A stretch of 46,454 nucleotides of DNA, from positions 1 through 46,454 of IMG/VR virus record IMGVR_UViG_3300032421_000005; one strand, written 5' to 3'. A program made the translations under genes and the position numbers. Positions 31,980 through 39,518 of this stretch are shown piece by piece. Below the pieces are notes generated by a model, which was given only the letters and a program-made list of their open reading frames with translations, was not told the DNA's origin and did no database searches. Within the stretch, counting starts at the first letter, position 1; every line of letters begins with the position of its first letter. This stretch comes from a virus.

Positions 31980-33347
31980 CCCCCGATCCGCGCCCGGATG
32001 AGAGATGCGGGGGGTGCCGGCAACATGCCCGCGCGTGTCGTCAGACGAGGGGAGAGGTCAGCATCCCCCTACGCGGCGAGCGCAGGGTTTGGAGTGGTTC
32101 GCGCTTCAACGGGGCCGCAACCGGCGCCCTCCACGCGCATCGCCGGGGTGCTTCCCCGGAGTATGTTGATCGCAGCGTTCACGTCGGCGTGTGCGCGGTG
32201 TCCACAATGCCGGCAGTGGAAAGACGCTTGGCTCTTGCGGCTCTCCCTGTCGATGGACCCGCATTCCGAACAGGTCTGCGAGGTGTAGGCCGCCGGCACA
32301 TAGACCAGCGTGCCGCCACGTTCTTCCAGCTTGTAGGTGAGCATCGTGGCGAATGCTCCCCAGCCTTGGTTGAGGATGGATCGGTTCAGACCGCGCTTCC
32401 CAGGGCCGGAAGCGGTCATAGCCTTGACGTTGAGATCCTCCATGGCGACAGCGCCGAACCGGCGGGCGATGTCCGTGGAAACCCGGTGTTGCCAGTCGCG
32501 GCGGGCAGCGGTGATGCGTGCGGCGAGGCGCGACACACTGGCGAGCCGCTTCATGCGTCGCCGCGAGCCCCGCTTGCATCGGGCGAGCGCGCGTTGTGCG
32601 CGGCGCTTTCGGCTATCGATCGCGACGAGACTCGTGGGGAGAGAGATGTTCTCGCCGGTGCTCAGCGTGAGGGTGTTGGCGACTCCGCGATCGATGCCGA
32701 CTGCGGGTCCGTGATTAGCGAGGGGATCACAGTCAATCCGGCAGAGGATAGAGACGTGCCATTCCCCGGCGGCACAGGCGACCGTGACTTCTCGAATGGA
32801 GCCTTGGATTGGCCGCGTATCGCGAAACTTGACCCAACCTATTCCCCGAAGGCGGATCGCCGACCATTTACTATTCAGCCGCTGGACGCGGATTTCTCGC
32901 CCGATATAGCGGAAGCTATCGTTGACACCCTTGCGCCGCGGAGACGGGTATCCTGCCCGCCCAGCAAAGAAATTGCGGAACGCCCTGTCCACATCCCGAA
33001 TGGCTTGGGCCGTACATGTTTGATAGACAGAACGCACCCAATCGAAATCTGCCCTCAAGGCCGTCAATTCAGCGCACTGGGATGCAAAGTTGATGTGTTT
33101 GCCAGTCGCCCGGAGATACTGCCGCCAATGGCAGTGCCTTTGCTCCCGAGCGATATTATAGACGGTGCGACAAACACCTGCGTATCGGATGAACTCCGCG
33201 CGCTGTTCTTCGCTCGGCGCGAGGCGATAGCGGTACGCGCGGTGGATCATCTCATTACTGTATTTGTTTCGCCGCCATTTGCAATCGAGAACAAGGGGAT
33301 CCCAGCCCCACCCCTCGATCCGCGCGCACAGGAAGGGGAGTAGGGGG
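31980..33347 (-). mobile_element. tnpA-less IS200/IS605-superfamily (IS1341-like) element carrying tnpB; ends approximate
   Basis: A single reverse-oriented tnpB fills the gap between two rightward ORF chains (stop at 31979, start at 33348). Near-identical 15-16-nt sequences at 31979-31993 and 33310-33325. Confidence 0.6.
32069..33250 (-). CDS. tnpB: TnpB (OrfB) RuvC-type RNA-guided endonuclease family protein, 393 aa
   Basis: MIHRAYRYRLAPSEEQ (N-terminal HTH), AVGIDRGV (RuvC-I), AVAMEDLNVK (RuvC-II), TSQTCSECG...FHCRHCGH (zinc ribbon), HADVNAAINI (RuvC-III). The upstream 194 aa of the 587-aa track ORF are antisense to real genes. Confidence 0.9.
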   Translation of the reverse strand: MIHRAYRYRLAPSEEQRAEFIRYAGVCRTVYNIAREQRHCHWRQYLRATGKHINFASQCAELTALRADFDWVRSVYQTCTAQAIRDVDRAFRNFFAGRAGYPSPRRKGVNDSFRYIGREIRVQRLNSKWSAIRLRGIGWVKFRDTRPIQGSIREVTVACAAGEWHVSILCRIDCDPLANHGPAVGIDRGVANTLTLSTGENISLPTSLVAIDSRKRRAQRALARCKRGSRRRMKRLASVSRLAARITAARRDWQHRVSTDIARRFGAVAMEDLNVKAMTASGPGKRGLNRSILNQGWGAFATMLTYKLEERGGTLVYVPAAYTSQTCSECGSIDRESRKSQASFHCRHCGHRAHADVNAAINILRGSTPAMRVEGAGCGPVEARTTPNPALAA

Positions 33348-33692
33348 ATGAGCGAACGCTTCGACGGCCCCGCGCTGGGAACGCGCATCAAGCTCCTTCG
33401 AGAGCTGCGGGATATGACCTTGCAACAGGTGGCTGACGCTTCGGGGCTCACGAAATCCCATGTCTGGGAACTTGAGCAGGGTAAGTCGGTAAACCCGACC
33501 GTTAATGCGGTGTGGGGGCTGTCTGCTGGGCTGTGCGTGAGCCCCGCCATGTTGCTGGGGCTGGATGACAAGATGCCGCCTGTCGATCCGGTGGCGATCA
33601 AGATCGCGGGCATCGTGGACCGTGAGATTAAGCGTGCAATAGCGGCGGCCCTGAAAGCCTCCCCCACCCCGACCGAGAAGGAAGACCGATGA
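33348..33692 (+). CDS. Xre-family HTH regulator, 114 aa
   Basis: LGTRIKLLRELRDMTLQQVADASGLTKSHVWELEQGKSVNPTVNAVWGLSAGL. GGAAGGGGAG upstream of ATG 33348. Confidence 0.8.
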   Translation: MSERFDGPALGTRIKLLRELRDMTLQQVADASGLTKSHVWELEQGKSVNPTVNAVWGLSAGLCVSPAMLLGLDDKMPPVDPVAIKIAGIVDREIKRAIAAALKASPTPTEKEDR

Positions 33693-34162
33693 TGTTCGAC
33701 ATGACCTATAGTGACGCTCTCGACAAAGCCGAGCACCTGATCGCCCTCGGACAGACGACTGTATATCTCAGAGATAAGGGGCAAGACTTCCCTTGGGATA
33801 AGGCCGTCAAGGTCGAAAGCGGAAACTCGCACCGGCTCTCCGGGCCGTCTTCGATGTACGTGATCGCGGAAGATGGTGGCCTTCAGTTCAAGCTGAATGT
33901 CGAGTTCGAGGACCGGGACGCAAACGGGCGCGGTGTCTCGCTGTTTGAGCGCGATCGGCTGCGGGAAGTGGCGATGCGCCTTCCACCTGCCGCCAGAACA
34001 TCGTTCGCAAACATGCTGGAACGGGAAGTGCTTTCCGGCATGGCGAAGAGGACGGCCGAAATTCGCGAGGCGATGAATGCGCAGGTCGATAGCGAAGACT
34101 GCGTTCGAGGATTGATCGCCTTCGCCCGCGACAGCGGGGACGCCCGAAAGGACCCGTCATGA
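33689..34162 (+). CDS. Hypothetical protein, 157 aa
   Basis: ATGA-coupled to the Xre gene. Confidence 0.75.
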   Translation: MMFDMTYSDALDKAEHLIALGQTTVYLRDKGQDFPWDKAVKVESGNSHRLSGPSSMYVIAEDGGLQFKLNVEFEDRDANGRGVSLFERDRLREVAMRLPPAARTSFANMLEREVLSGMAKRTAEIREAMNAQVDSEDCVRGLIAFARDSGDARKDPS

Positions 34163-34353
34163 AGGAACTGATCGAACGGGAGGCGGTGGTGCGGTGGCTG
34201 CGGAAACAAGCGGCGTTAGGCGATCTGGCGTTATTGCGCGCAGTCATCGGCAGCAAGGAGGAGCGCGACTTGGCGGCAGGTATTGTCGTCCTCACCCGCG
34301 CAACCGATGCCATCGAGCGCGGCGATCACCACAAAGGAGCCCCCGATGAGTAA
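34159..34353 (+). CDS. Hypothetical protein, 64 aa
   Basis: ATGA-coupled. Confidence 0.6.
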   Translation: MKELIEREAVVRWLRKQAALGDLALLRAVIGSKEERDLAAGIVVLTRATDAIERGDHHKGAPDE

Positions 34354-34579
34354 GGCTTTCATTCTCAGCGCGGCAGAGATCGCGCGGACATTGACCCCGG
34401 CGCAGTGCCGTATGCTCGTTGAGATCGATCGCGGGCAGCCTCGCCAATTCGCATTGGGCCGCGCGGGCTTTAAGTTGATCGACTTGGGGCTGGCTTTCGT
34501 CAACGAACTCGGCGCGCGCCACCTCACCGATCGAGGCCTCGCCGTCCGCCGCGAGATCATCAAGGGAGGTGAAGGGTGA
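34346..34579 (+). CDS. Hypothetical protein, 77 aa
   Basis: ATG 34346 preceded by AAGGAGCCCCCG. MSKAFILSAAEIARTLTPAQCRMLVEIDRG... Confidence 0.65.
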   Translation: MSKAFILSAAEIARTLTPAQCRMLVEIDRGQPRQFALGRAGFKLIDLGLAFVNELGARHLTDRGLAVRREIIKGGEG

Positions 34580-34845
34580 TCAGCAAGTTCACGCCACCGG
34601 GCATCAAGGTTGTAGCCCTTCGCACCGGCTTCGGGATCGTGGCGGGCAAGCTCTACACCGTGCGCGGGTTTGTTCTGAACCGCCATTGGCGCACCAAAGA
34701 GCCCGACCACCACGTCCTATTCGAGGAGATCGGGCCGCGAATGGGTAAGTTCGGCGAAGTCGGCTACCCGCGCGACGCCTTCAAGATACCAGACCTTCGC
34801 CGCACCAGACGGCAGATCTTCAACGAGGACTTGATCGATGCATAG
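34576..34845 (+). CDS. Hypothetical protein, 89 aa
   Basis: GTGA-coupled. Confidence 0.65.
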   Translation: MISKFTPPGIKVVALRTGFGIVAGKLYTVRGFVLNRHWRTKEPDHHVLFEEIGPRMGKFGEVGYPRDAFKIPDLRRTRRQIFNEDLIDA

Positions 34846-35155
34846 CACCCCCGACGAGCAGCTTGTGGAGGCGTGCGCGAGGGCGATCGACCCGTACCAG
34901 TGGACCCTTTTCGATCAGGGGCGCCTCCATCGCGCAGTGAAGAAAAGCGATCTATCGAGTTGGCAAAGGGCTCTCGATAGCATCCCCCTCGTCGGCGCCT
35001 ACTGCGCCAGGATCGCGGAGGAGGAACTGGAAAACCGCCGCGCCGATCTGAAACGCGCTCCTCTCGACAACTTCACGCGCGGCCAGATCAACACAGCCCT
35101 ACGGCTCGTAGCCGAAATCAAATCCCGCACAGGAGCCCCCGATGCCAACGACTGA
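34838..35155 (+). CDS. Hypothetical protein, 105 aa
   Basis: ATG 34838, 8-nt overlap with the upstream gene. Confidence 0.7.
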   Translation: MHSTPDEQLVEACARAIDPYQWTLFDQGRLHRAVKKSDLSSWQRALDSIPLVGAYCARIAEEELENRRADLKRAPLDNFTRGQINTALRLVAEIKSRTGAPDAND

Positions 35156-35444
35156 CGCGAACTTGGTGGCGAGGCTGCGGGAGAAAGCGCGGCCAAACAC
35201 TTTGGCACAAGCTGTCGTCGAGAAAGACGACCTCCGCGCCCTCCTTGAGCAGAACGATCGACTGGAGCGCGACATCGCCCGCCGTGATCGGATGGCCGCG
35301 ACATCGCAGAGGTTTTGGATACGCGCAGCCAAGGCAGCAATGGCCGGCGATCTTCGGGAGCTTCGCAATCGCGTCGACTTGGCTGAAGCGCCGCCCGTTG
35401 AAGTCGTGCTTTCCGCCCGCAACGCCCTCGAAGGGAAAGAGTGA
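35142..35444 (+). CDS. Coiled-coil hypothetical protein, 100 aa
   Basis: ATG 35142 preceded by CAGGAGCCCCCG. Confidence 0.7.
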   Translation: MPTTDANLVARLREKARPNTLAQAVVEKDDLRALLEQNDRLERDIARRDRMAATSQRFWIRAAKAAMAGDLRELRNRVDLAEAPPVEVVLSARNALEGKE

Positions 35445-35962
35445 TGGGATACACGATCGTAATCGGTGAAGCCTGTTTCGAGGGCGACAAGGACGAGGCT
35501 TATCTGCGTGTCTGGGCAGAGCCGCAGGCACATTCGGACGCGCCGACATTTCCCAATGATGAAATGACCGGCAACGGGAATAGTCGGTCGCCCTCATATA
35601 CCGGATGGCCCGAGTTCTGCCGCATGTCGGGGTTATACGGCATGTTCTTCGGCTTAGACGGTCGGCGTGACCCATATATGCGGCCCGACGAGAACTGCCA
35701 CCGTGAAACACCGATCATGGCAGACCATCCCGGATTCGCGCCAATCAACAAGCAAGACGTGCTCGCGGTGAAATGCGCGCTCGACCAGCACATTGCAAAG
35801 CACGGTGAGTTAGAGCCCGGCTTTCGGGGGTGGATGGAAAGAGAAGAAGATGCACCTCCAGATGCGGATGCCTGTGCCACGAGGGCAAGGCTTATCTGGC
35901 TTCATTATTGGTGCGATTGGGCAGTTAGGAATTGCAAATGGCCTGTGATCGCAAACTCATGA
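35441..35962 (+). CDS. Hypothetical protein, 173 aa
   Basis: GTGA/ATG start at 35441/35444; Trp/Cys-containing globular composition. Confidence 0.75.
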   Translation: MMGYTIVIGEACFEGDKDEAYLRVWAEPQAHSDAPTFPNDEMTGNGNSRSPSYTGWPEFCRMSGLYGMFFGLDGRRDPYMRPDENCHRETPIMADHPGFAPINKQDVLAVKCALDQHIAKHGELEPGFRGWMEREEDAPPDADACATRARLIWLHYWCDWAVRNCKWPVIANS

Positions 35963-36156
35963 TGCCTAACCCGCGGGTGGCTAATGGCCAATGGACGGAA
36001 GCCGTAGGGCCTATCGCCGCCAAGCTGGAAGTGGGAGCGACTTTTGGAGAGCGCACCGTGTTCAACCGCGAAGGATCTAAAGCTCTTGCCGAGTTGCTGC
36101 GCGAAATGGCCCGTATCATCGACAACGAGATCGAGCATCGAAAGGTTTCCGAATGA
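35959..36156 (+). CDS. Hypothetical protein, 65 aa (74 aa if ATG 35932 is used)
   Basis: ATGA overlap at 35959; same frame as track ORF 35932..36156. Confidence 0.6.
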   Translation: MMPNPRVANGQWTEAVGPIAAKLEVGATFGERTVFNREGSKALAELLREMARIIDNEIEHRKVSE

Positions 36157-36851
36157 CCGCCCCCACCGAGCCCCGCGCCGTGCTGCAAAGCTGCCCGTTC
36201 TGCGGAGGTGAGCCGCATGTCCTTTCGCCCGTCTATGTCATGGGGGTCGATAGCGATGAGCCTGATTTATTCAGCGCGGGCTGTGTGAAGTGCCAGATAT
36301 GGCAGCGCCGGCCCACGAAAGACGACACCATCGCCGCATGGAACGCGCGAGCATCCGCAGAGCAAGCCGCCGGGGGGGTGGAGCGTGTAAGGGAGGCGTT
36401 GCATATCGCCCTGATCGGTAACGTCGGCAGCCTCGAAAAGCTCACTGAATGGGACAAGGGTTATCGAGCTTGTGCGACAGACCTCGCAACGGTTTTTACC
36501 GCAGCCCCACCCGCCCAGCCGTCACCCGTCGAAACTACGGTATCAAACCCTCCGCCAGATGATACTGAAAGCGGGTTGAGTATAAAGTCCGCCGATGTCG
36601 CGGCGAGGGCGCTTACCGAGGCGTTGCGTCCGTTCATGCCGATCGAGACGCGCGACGGCCCGGATTATGCCGAAGTGACATTCGGGGACCATAAGTCGCA
36701 AGCGATGACGATGGTGCCCGCCGACTGGAATAAACTAGCGGCGGCATATGAAGCCGTGCGGCGGGAGGTGGGAATGGGTGAGTGCCTGAGATGCGGCCGC
36801 TCGATCGGTGAGCATAGCTGGGACACTTGCTCTCGGTGGGATCCTGAGTAG
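36153..36851 (+). CDS. Lar-family (restriction-alleviation-type) zinc-ribbon protein with a long C-terminal extension, 232 aa
   Basis: N-terminus CPFCGGEPHV...AGCVKCQIWQRRPTKDDTIAAWNARA matches the Lar-like pattern. C-terminal CLRCGRSIGEHSWDTC. Confidence 0.7.
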   Translation: MTAPTEPRAVLQSCPFCGGEPHVLSPVYVMGVDSDEPDLFSAGCVKCQIWQRRPTKDDTIAAWNARASAEQAAGGVERVREALHIALIGNVGSLEKLTEWDKGYRACATDLATVFTAAPPAQPSPVETTVSNPPPDDTESGLSIKSADVAARALTEALRPFMPIETRDGPDYAEVTFGDHKSQAMTMVPADWNKLAAAYEAVRREVGMGECLRCGRSIGEHSWDTCSRWDPE

Positions 36852-37007
36852 CCTTCAACCTCTCCCTGATCGCCGCCTCGATCTTCTCGCTACCCACGCG
36901 CCGCTTCTTCGCCGCCCGGTTCAGGTGGAAGAAGCCAGCCACCAGTTCCGTGTTCACGCGCTCTGAGTCGTCCATGGGGGGAGGATGCGACGGGAGTGGG
37001 GAAGATG

Positions 37008-38315
37008 CTAGACCCCCAGGTCGATCCCGATCAGATCGTAAATCTCGATGTCCGCATTGCTGGCGCCGGGGTTTCCGCCCGATATAATCTGAGCCGTGAG
37101 GTTCGTGGCCGCTCCGGGGACTGTCAGATAGACAGAGTGAAACACCGAGCCTTCCATATTGGCGGAGGACAGAAGGTTCGCGGCACCGTTGAGCGGGAAC
37201 CAGTTCGTGCCTCCGCTTGTGGTGATCTTCGGCTGAAACTTCGCCCCGTTCGCGTTGAGGTTGGTCCCCAGCGTTCGGAAGCCGACGAACAGCTTGTGAT
37301 TCTGATACGCCGTTATCCCGCTGAACACGAATTGCAGCGCGCACAACGACGCCTGACCCGGAGCAAGGCGCAGCTTCTGTGTCTTGCCGAGAGACGGGGA
37401 AGGAGCAGCGCCGCCAAGGATGATCGAGCCCAGGCCGTCGGTGTTCGTGATGAACTGCCATCCTTGGGCGGCGCCGCCGGTCCCGCCCGTGCCCTGCATC
37501 GTGCCCCGCGCCGCGGTGAAGATGTTGCGGGGATCGGAGCTGATCGACTGGTTGCGCGTGTACGGATAGTTGAGCGAGCTGATCCAACCGGCCGCAATCA
37601 TGGCAGCGTCCAGCGTCGCGGACATCAGGGCCCCGCCGATGTTGCTCGGATGGGTATTGTCGGCATAGTAGGTGGCATCGAGCGCGATGCCGGTCCCGAG
37701 ATCCGACATGACCGGACGGAAATCGACGAAGATGGCGTTTTTCGCGAGATAGGCGCTGTAGAACTGCCCCGCCGGATCGGTCACATCAGCCTTGAGCGTG
37801 TCGCAGATGAAGTTGGTGCTGGCGTATTTCGTGCCATCCGCGAGATGGTTGATCGAGCATATCGCGACCTTCTTGCCCGCCGCGAGCACCCGCGTCGCCA
37901 TGTCGCGGACGTTCCACACGCCTTTGCCGGGGTTGCCGTCGGCAGTCGCGGCCGAGATGGTCTGAACCGCGCCACCACGATCATTGGTGGCATCGCAGAT
38001 CACCACGATGTCCGCCGACGGGAAGGTCGGGTTCAAGCAATCCGCATCGAAATTGGTATTCGACACCGAGGAATACGATCCCGGTCGCCCCTTGTTCACG
38101 GCGACATAAGCGCCGCGTTCCGGCATCTCGGTGAAGAAGGAATAATAGCCCGGAGCGGAGCCACCGAGAATGCTGTCTCCCGCCCCGTAGATGACCTTGG
38201 GAACAGTGGAGAGGCCGGGGATGAACGGGCCAGACGCACCCCCACTCCCCAGCCCGAGCCTCAACCCAAGCCCAAGCTCCAGCGGTTGCAGCGCCTTGTG
38301 GCGGAGATCGATCAT
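37008..38315 (-). CDS. SGNH/GDSL-type hydrolase (esterase) with C-terminal beta-rich domain, 435 aa
   Basis: Block I VIYGAGDSILGG; block V YYADNTHPS (D-x-x-H). ATG 38315 (TGATG overlap with the o-spanin stop); the track start is a TTG. Confidence 0.75.
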   Translation of the reverse strand: MIDLRHKALQPLELGLGLRLGLGSGGASGPFIPGLSTVPKVIYGAGDSILGGSAPGYYSFFTEMPERGAYVAVNKGRPGSYSSVSNTNFDADCLNPTFPSADIVVICDATNDRGGAVQTISAATADGNPGKGVWNVRDMATRVLAAGKKVAICSINHLADGTKYASTNFICDTLKADVTDPAGQFYSAYLAKNAIFVDFRPVMSDLGTGIALDATYYADNTHPSNIGGALMSATLDAAMIAAGWISSLNYPYTRNQSISSDPRNIFTAARGTMQGTGGTGGAAQGWQFITNTDGLGSIILGGAAPSPSLGKTQKLRLAPGQASLCALQFVFSGITAYQNHKLFVGFRTLGTNLNANGAKFQPKITTSGGTNWFPLNGAANLLSSANMEGSVFHSVYLTVPGAATNLTAQIISGGNPGASNADIEIYDLIGIDLGV

Positions 38316-38590
38316 CAACGGGCCCTTTCCGCGGCGATCACGGCCAAGAGTTGCAGCCGGATCTTCCCGGCTATGTCATAGAGATCGAGCGCGCCTGCGA
38401 CACACTGAGCGCCGGTGAAGGAGCCGTCAGCGTTACGGGGCATTGCTGGAAGCTCTGGCGGGGGTGAAAGCAGGTTCGCCGGCAAGCTGAGCGTTTGCAT
38501 TGGTGCGGGCGCGGTCGAACAGCCGGCCAGCATCAGCGTCCCCGCAGATAGTCCGGTACACAGGGCGATCGATGATCTTGACGCTTTCAT
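38315..38590 (-). CDS. o-spanin (outer-membrane lipoprotein), 91 aa, overlapping the i-spanin gene out of frame
   Basis: Signal plus lipobox MKASRSSIALCTGLSAGTLMLAGC; Pro-rich mature part. Starts inside 38433..38834 and extends past it. Confidence 0.8.
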   Translation of the reverse strand: MKASRSSIALCTGLSAGTLMLAGCSTAPAPMQTLSLPANLLSPPPELPAMPRNADGSFTGAQCVAGALDLYDIAGKIRLQLLAVIAAERAR

Positions 38591-38834
38591 GGAATATCTC
38601 TCTGGTTTCCGTGGATTGCGCGGACTGCGCTGATGCGAGCTGCCCATTGAGGTGGTCGACCTGCACGCGGCGGACTTCGAGCGCATCAAGGCCCTTCTTC
38701 ATGGCCCGCATCGCCTGTGCGTTGACGACTGCGCGCCCGTCCGACCGCCCTTTGAGGTACGAACCGCTGACAGCGAGCAGGAACAGAAGCCCAGCCCCGA
38801 TCAGCGTGTACGGGTTGGCGAGGAGCTTCATCAT
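38433..38834 (-). CDS. i-spanin (Rz-like), 133 aa
   Basis: N-terminal TM LIGAGLLFLLAVSGSYL followed by coiled-coil. AAGGAGG RBS; contains the o-spanin start. Confidence 0.8.
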   Translation of the reverse strand: MMKLLANPYTLIGAGLLFLLAVSGSYLKGRSDGRAVVNAQAMRAMKKGLDALEVRRVQVDHLNGQLASAQSAQSTETREIFHESVKIIDRPVYRTICGDADAGRLFDRARTNANAQLAGEPAFTPARASSNAP

Positions 38835-39040
38835 GCGCCCTCCTTAGGGTCGTCGTCATGCGCCCAACCCATGCGCCCCATATGCTGACCGCAGGCCGCG
38901 CACTTCATGAGGGGGAAGTCGCCAACGCGATCCTCGTGAAGCGTGAAGGTCTTGTTCCGGCAGTGCTTGCACGCGATGAAGGCCATCATGTCGTCGGCCA
39001 TGTGCGGGCTTTTGAAGGCTAGGTGGACGACGTTGCTCAT
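38831..39040 (-). CDS. Zinc-ribbon micro-protein, 69 aa
   Basis: CKHC...CAAC; ATGA-coupled at both ends. Confidence 0.65.
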   Translation of the reverse strand: MSNVVHLAFKSPHMADDMMAFIACKHCRNKTFTLHEDRVGDFPLMKCAACGQHMGRMGWAHDDDPKEGA

Positions 39041-39255
39041 GCTTTCGGCTCACCAACCGGCTCGATCACGCCTTCCGCCAATGCGTCGTCGATTGGTATC
39101 GTCCACACGCTCGAAACGTCCTTGCCGTGACCCATGATGGCATCGACATGCCCGCTCGGCCCCGGCCTTGGTCCACCCCGGATCGTCCGCCATGGCGCGT
39201 CTTGAAGCACAGTCCCGGCCGGGATCACGATGTCTTGCGTGGTTCGGTATTTCAT
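39037..39255 (-). CDS. Hypothetical protein, 72 aa
   Basis: ATG 39255 with AGGAGG upstream and ATGA overlap with the holin stop. The upstream 96 aa of the track ORF are Arg-rich filler. Confidence 0.65.
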   Translation of the reverse strand: MKYRTTQDIVIPAGTVLQDAPWRTIRGGPRPGPSGHVDAIMGHGKDVSSVWTIPIDDALAEGVIEPVGEPKA

Positions 39256-39518
39256 TGACTGCCTCCTGTCGTCACCTTCGCCTGAGCCACGGCGTTGTCC
39301 TTCTTGCCGATCGCGAACACGCCGATGCCGGAAAGGGCTGCGAGCCCGCCGGGATAGGCGACGCACCACGCCGTCACGTCGAAATGCGCGCCGTTCATCG
39401 CCATGTCCCAAGCCTGGAAGCCGATCGGGCTCGTGATGGCTGCCAGGCCACTCGCGGCGAGCAGGACGCGGCCAATCTCGAACTCGCCCGAGATGCCGCG
39501 CAGGAAGTTGAAGGTCAC
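39252..39518 (-). CDS. Holin candidate (multi-TM), 88 aa
   Basis: Hydrophobic segments IGRVLLAASGLAAITSPIGF, WCVAYPGGLAAL and SGIGVFAIG; charged C-terminus; GTGA-coupled directly after the endolysin. Confidence 0.7.
   Translation of the reverse strand: MTFNFLRGISGEFEIGRVLLAASGLAAITSPIGFQAWDMAMNGAHFDVTAWCVAYPGGLAALSGIGVFAIGKKDNAVAQAKVTTGGSQ

Noticed and set aside
31976-33343. 455-aa plus-strand ORF starting with an ATGA overlap at 31976
   Set aside because: Antisense to tnpB, which has unambiguous family motifs. Its composition is Arg/Gly/Pro/Ala junk. The ATGA overlap is probably fortuitous.
33251-33832. N-terminal 194 aa of the 587-aa minus-strand track ORF (would make a giant TnpB)
   Set aside because: This part is antisense to the Xre gene and the following gene and has Ser/Pro-rich low-complexity. 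TnpB families begin at the MIHRAYRYRL-type N-terminus, and an ATG is present there (33250).
36634-36974. Possible minus-strand gene starting MDDSERVNTELVAGFFHLNRAAKKRRVGSEKIEAAIRERLKATQ downstream of the esterase
   Set aside because: Only the first ~40 codons look protein-like. The frame then runs 217 nt antisense through the Lar-like gene with Pro/Ser/Arg junk and no earlier stop. It cannot be supported without expression data, though it may be a short real gene affected by an indel.
36996-38381. 461-aa plus-strand ORF, together with the 317-aa minus-strand ORF 36634..37587
   Set aside because: Both overlap the SGNH hydrolase gene, in antisense or out of frame. They are Arg/Gly/Pro-rich with no recognisable domains.
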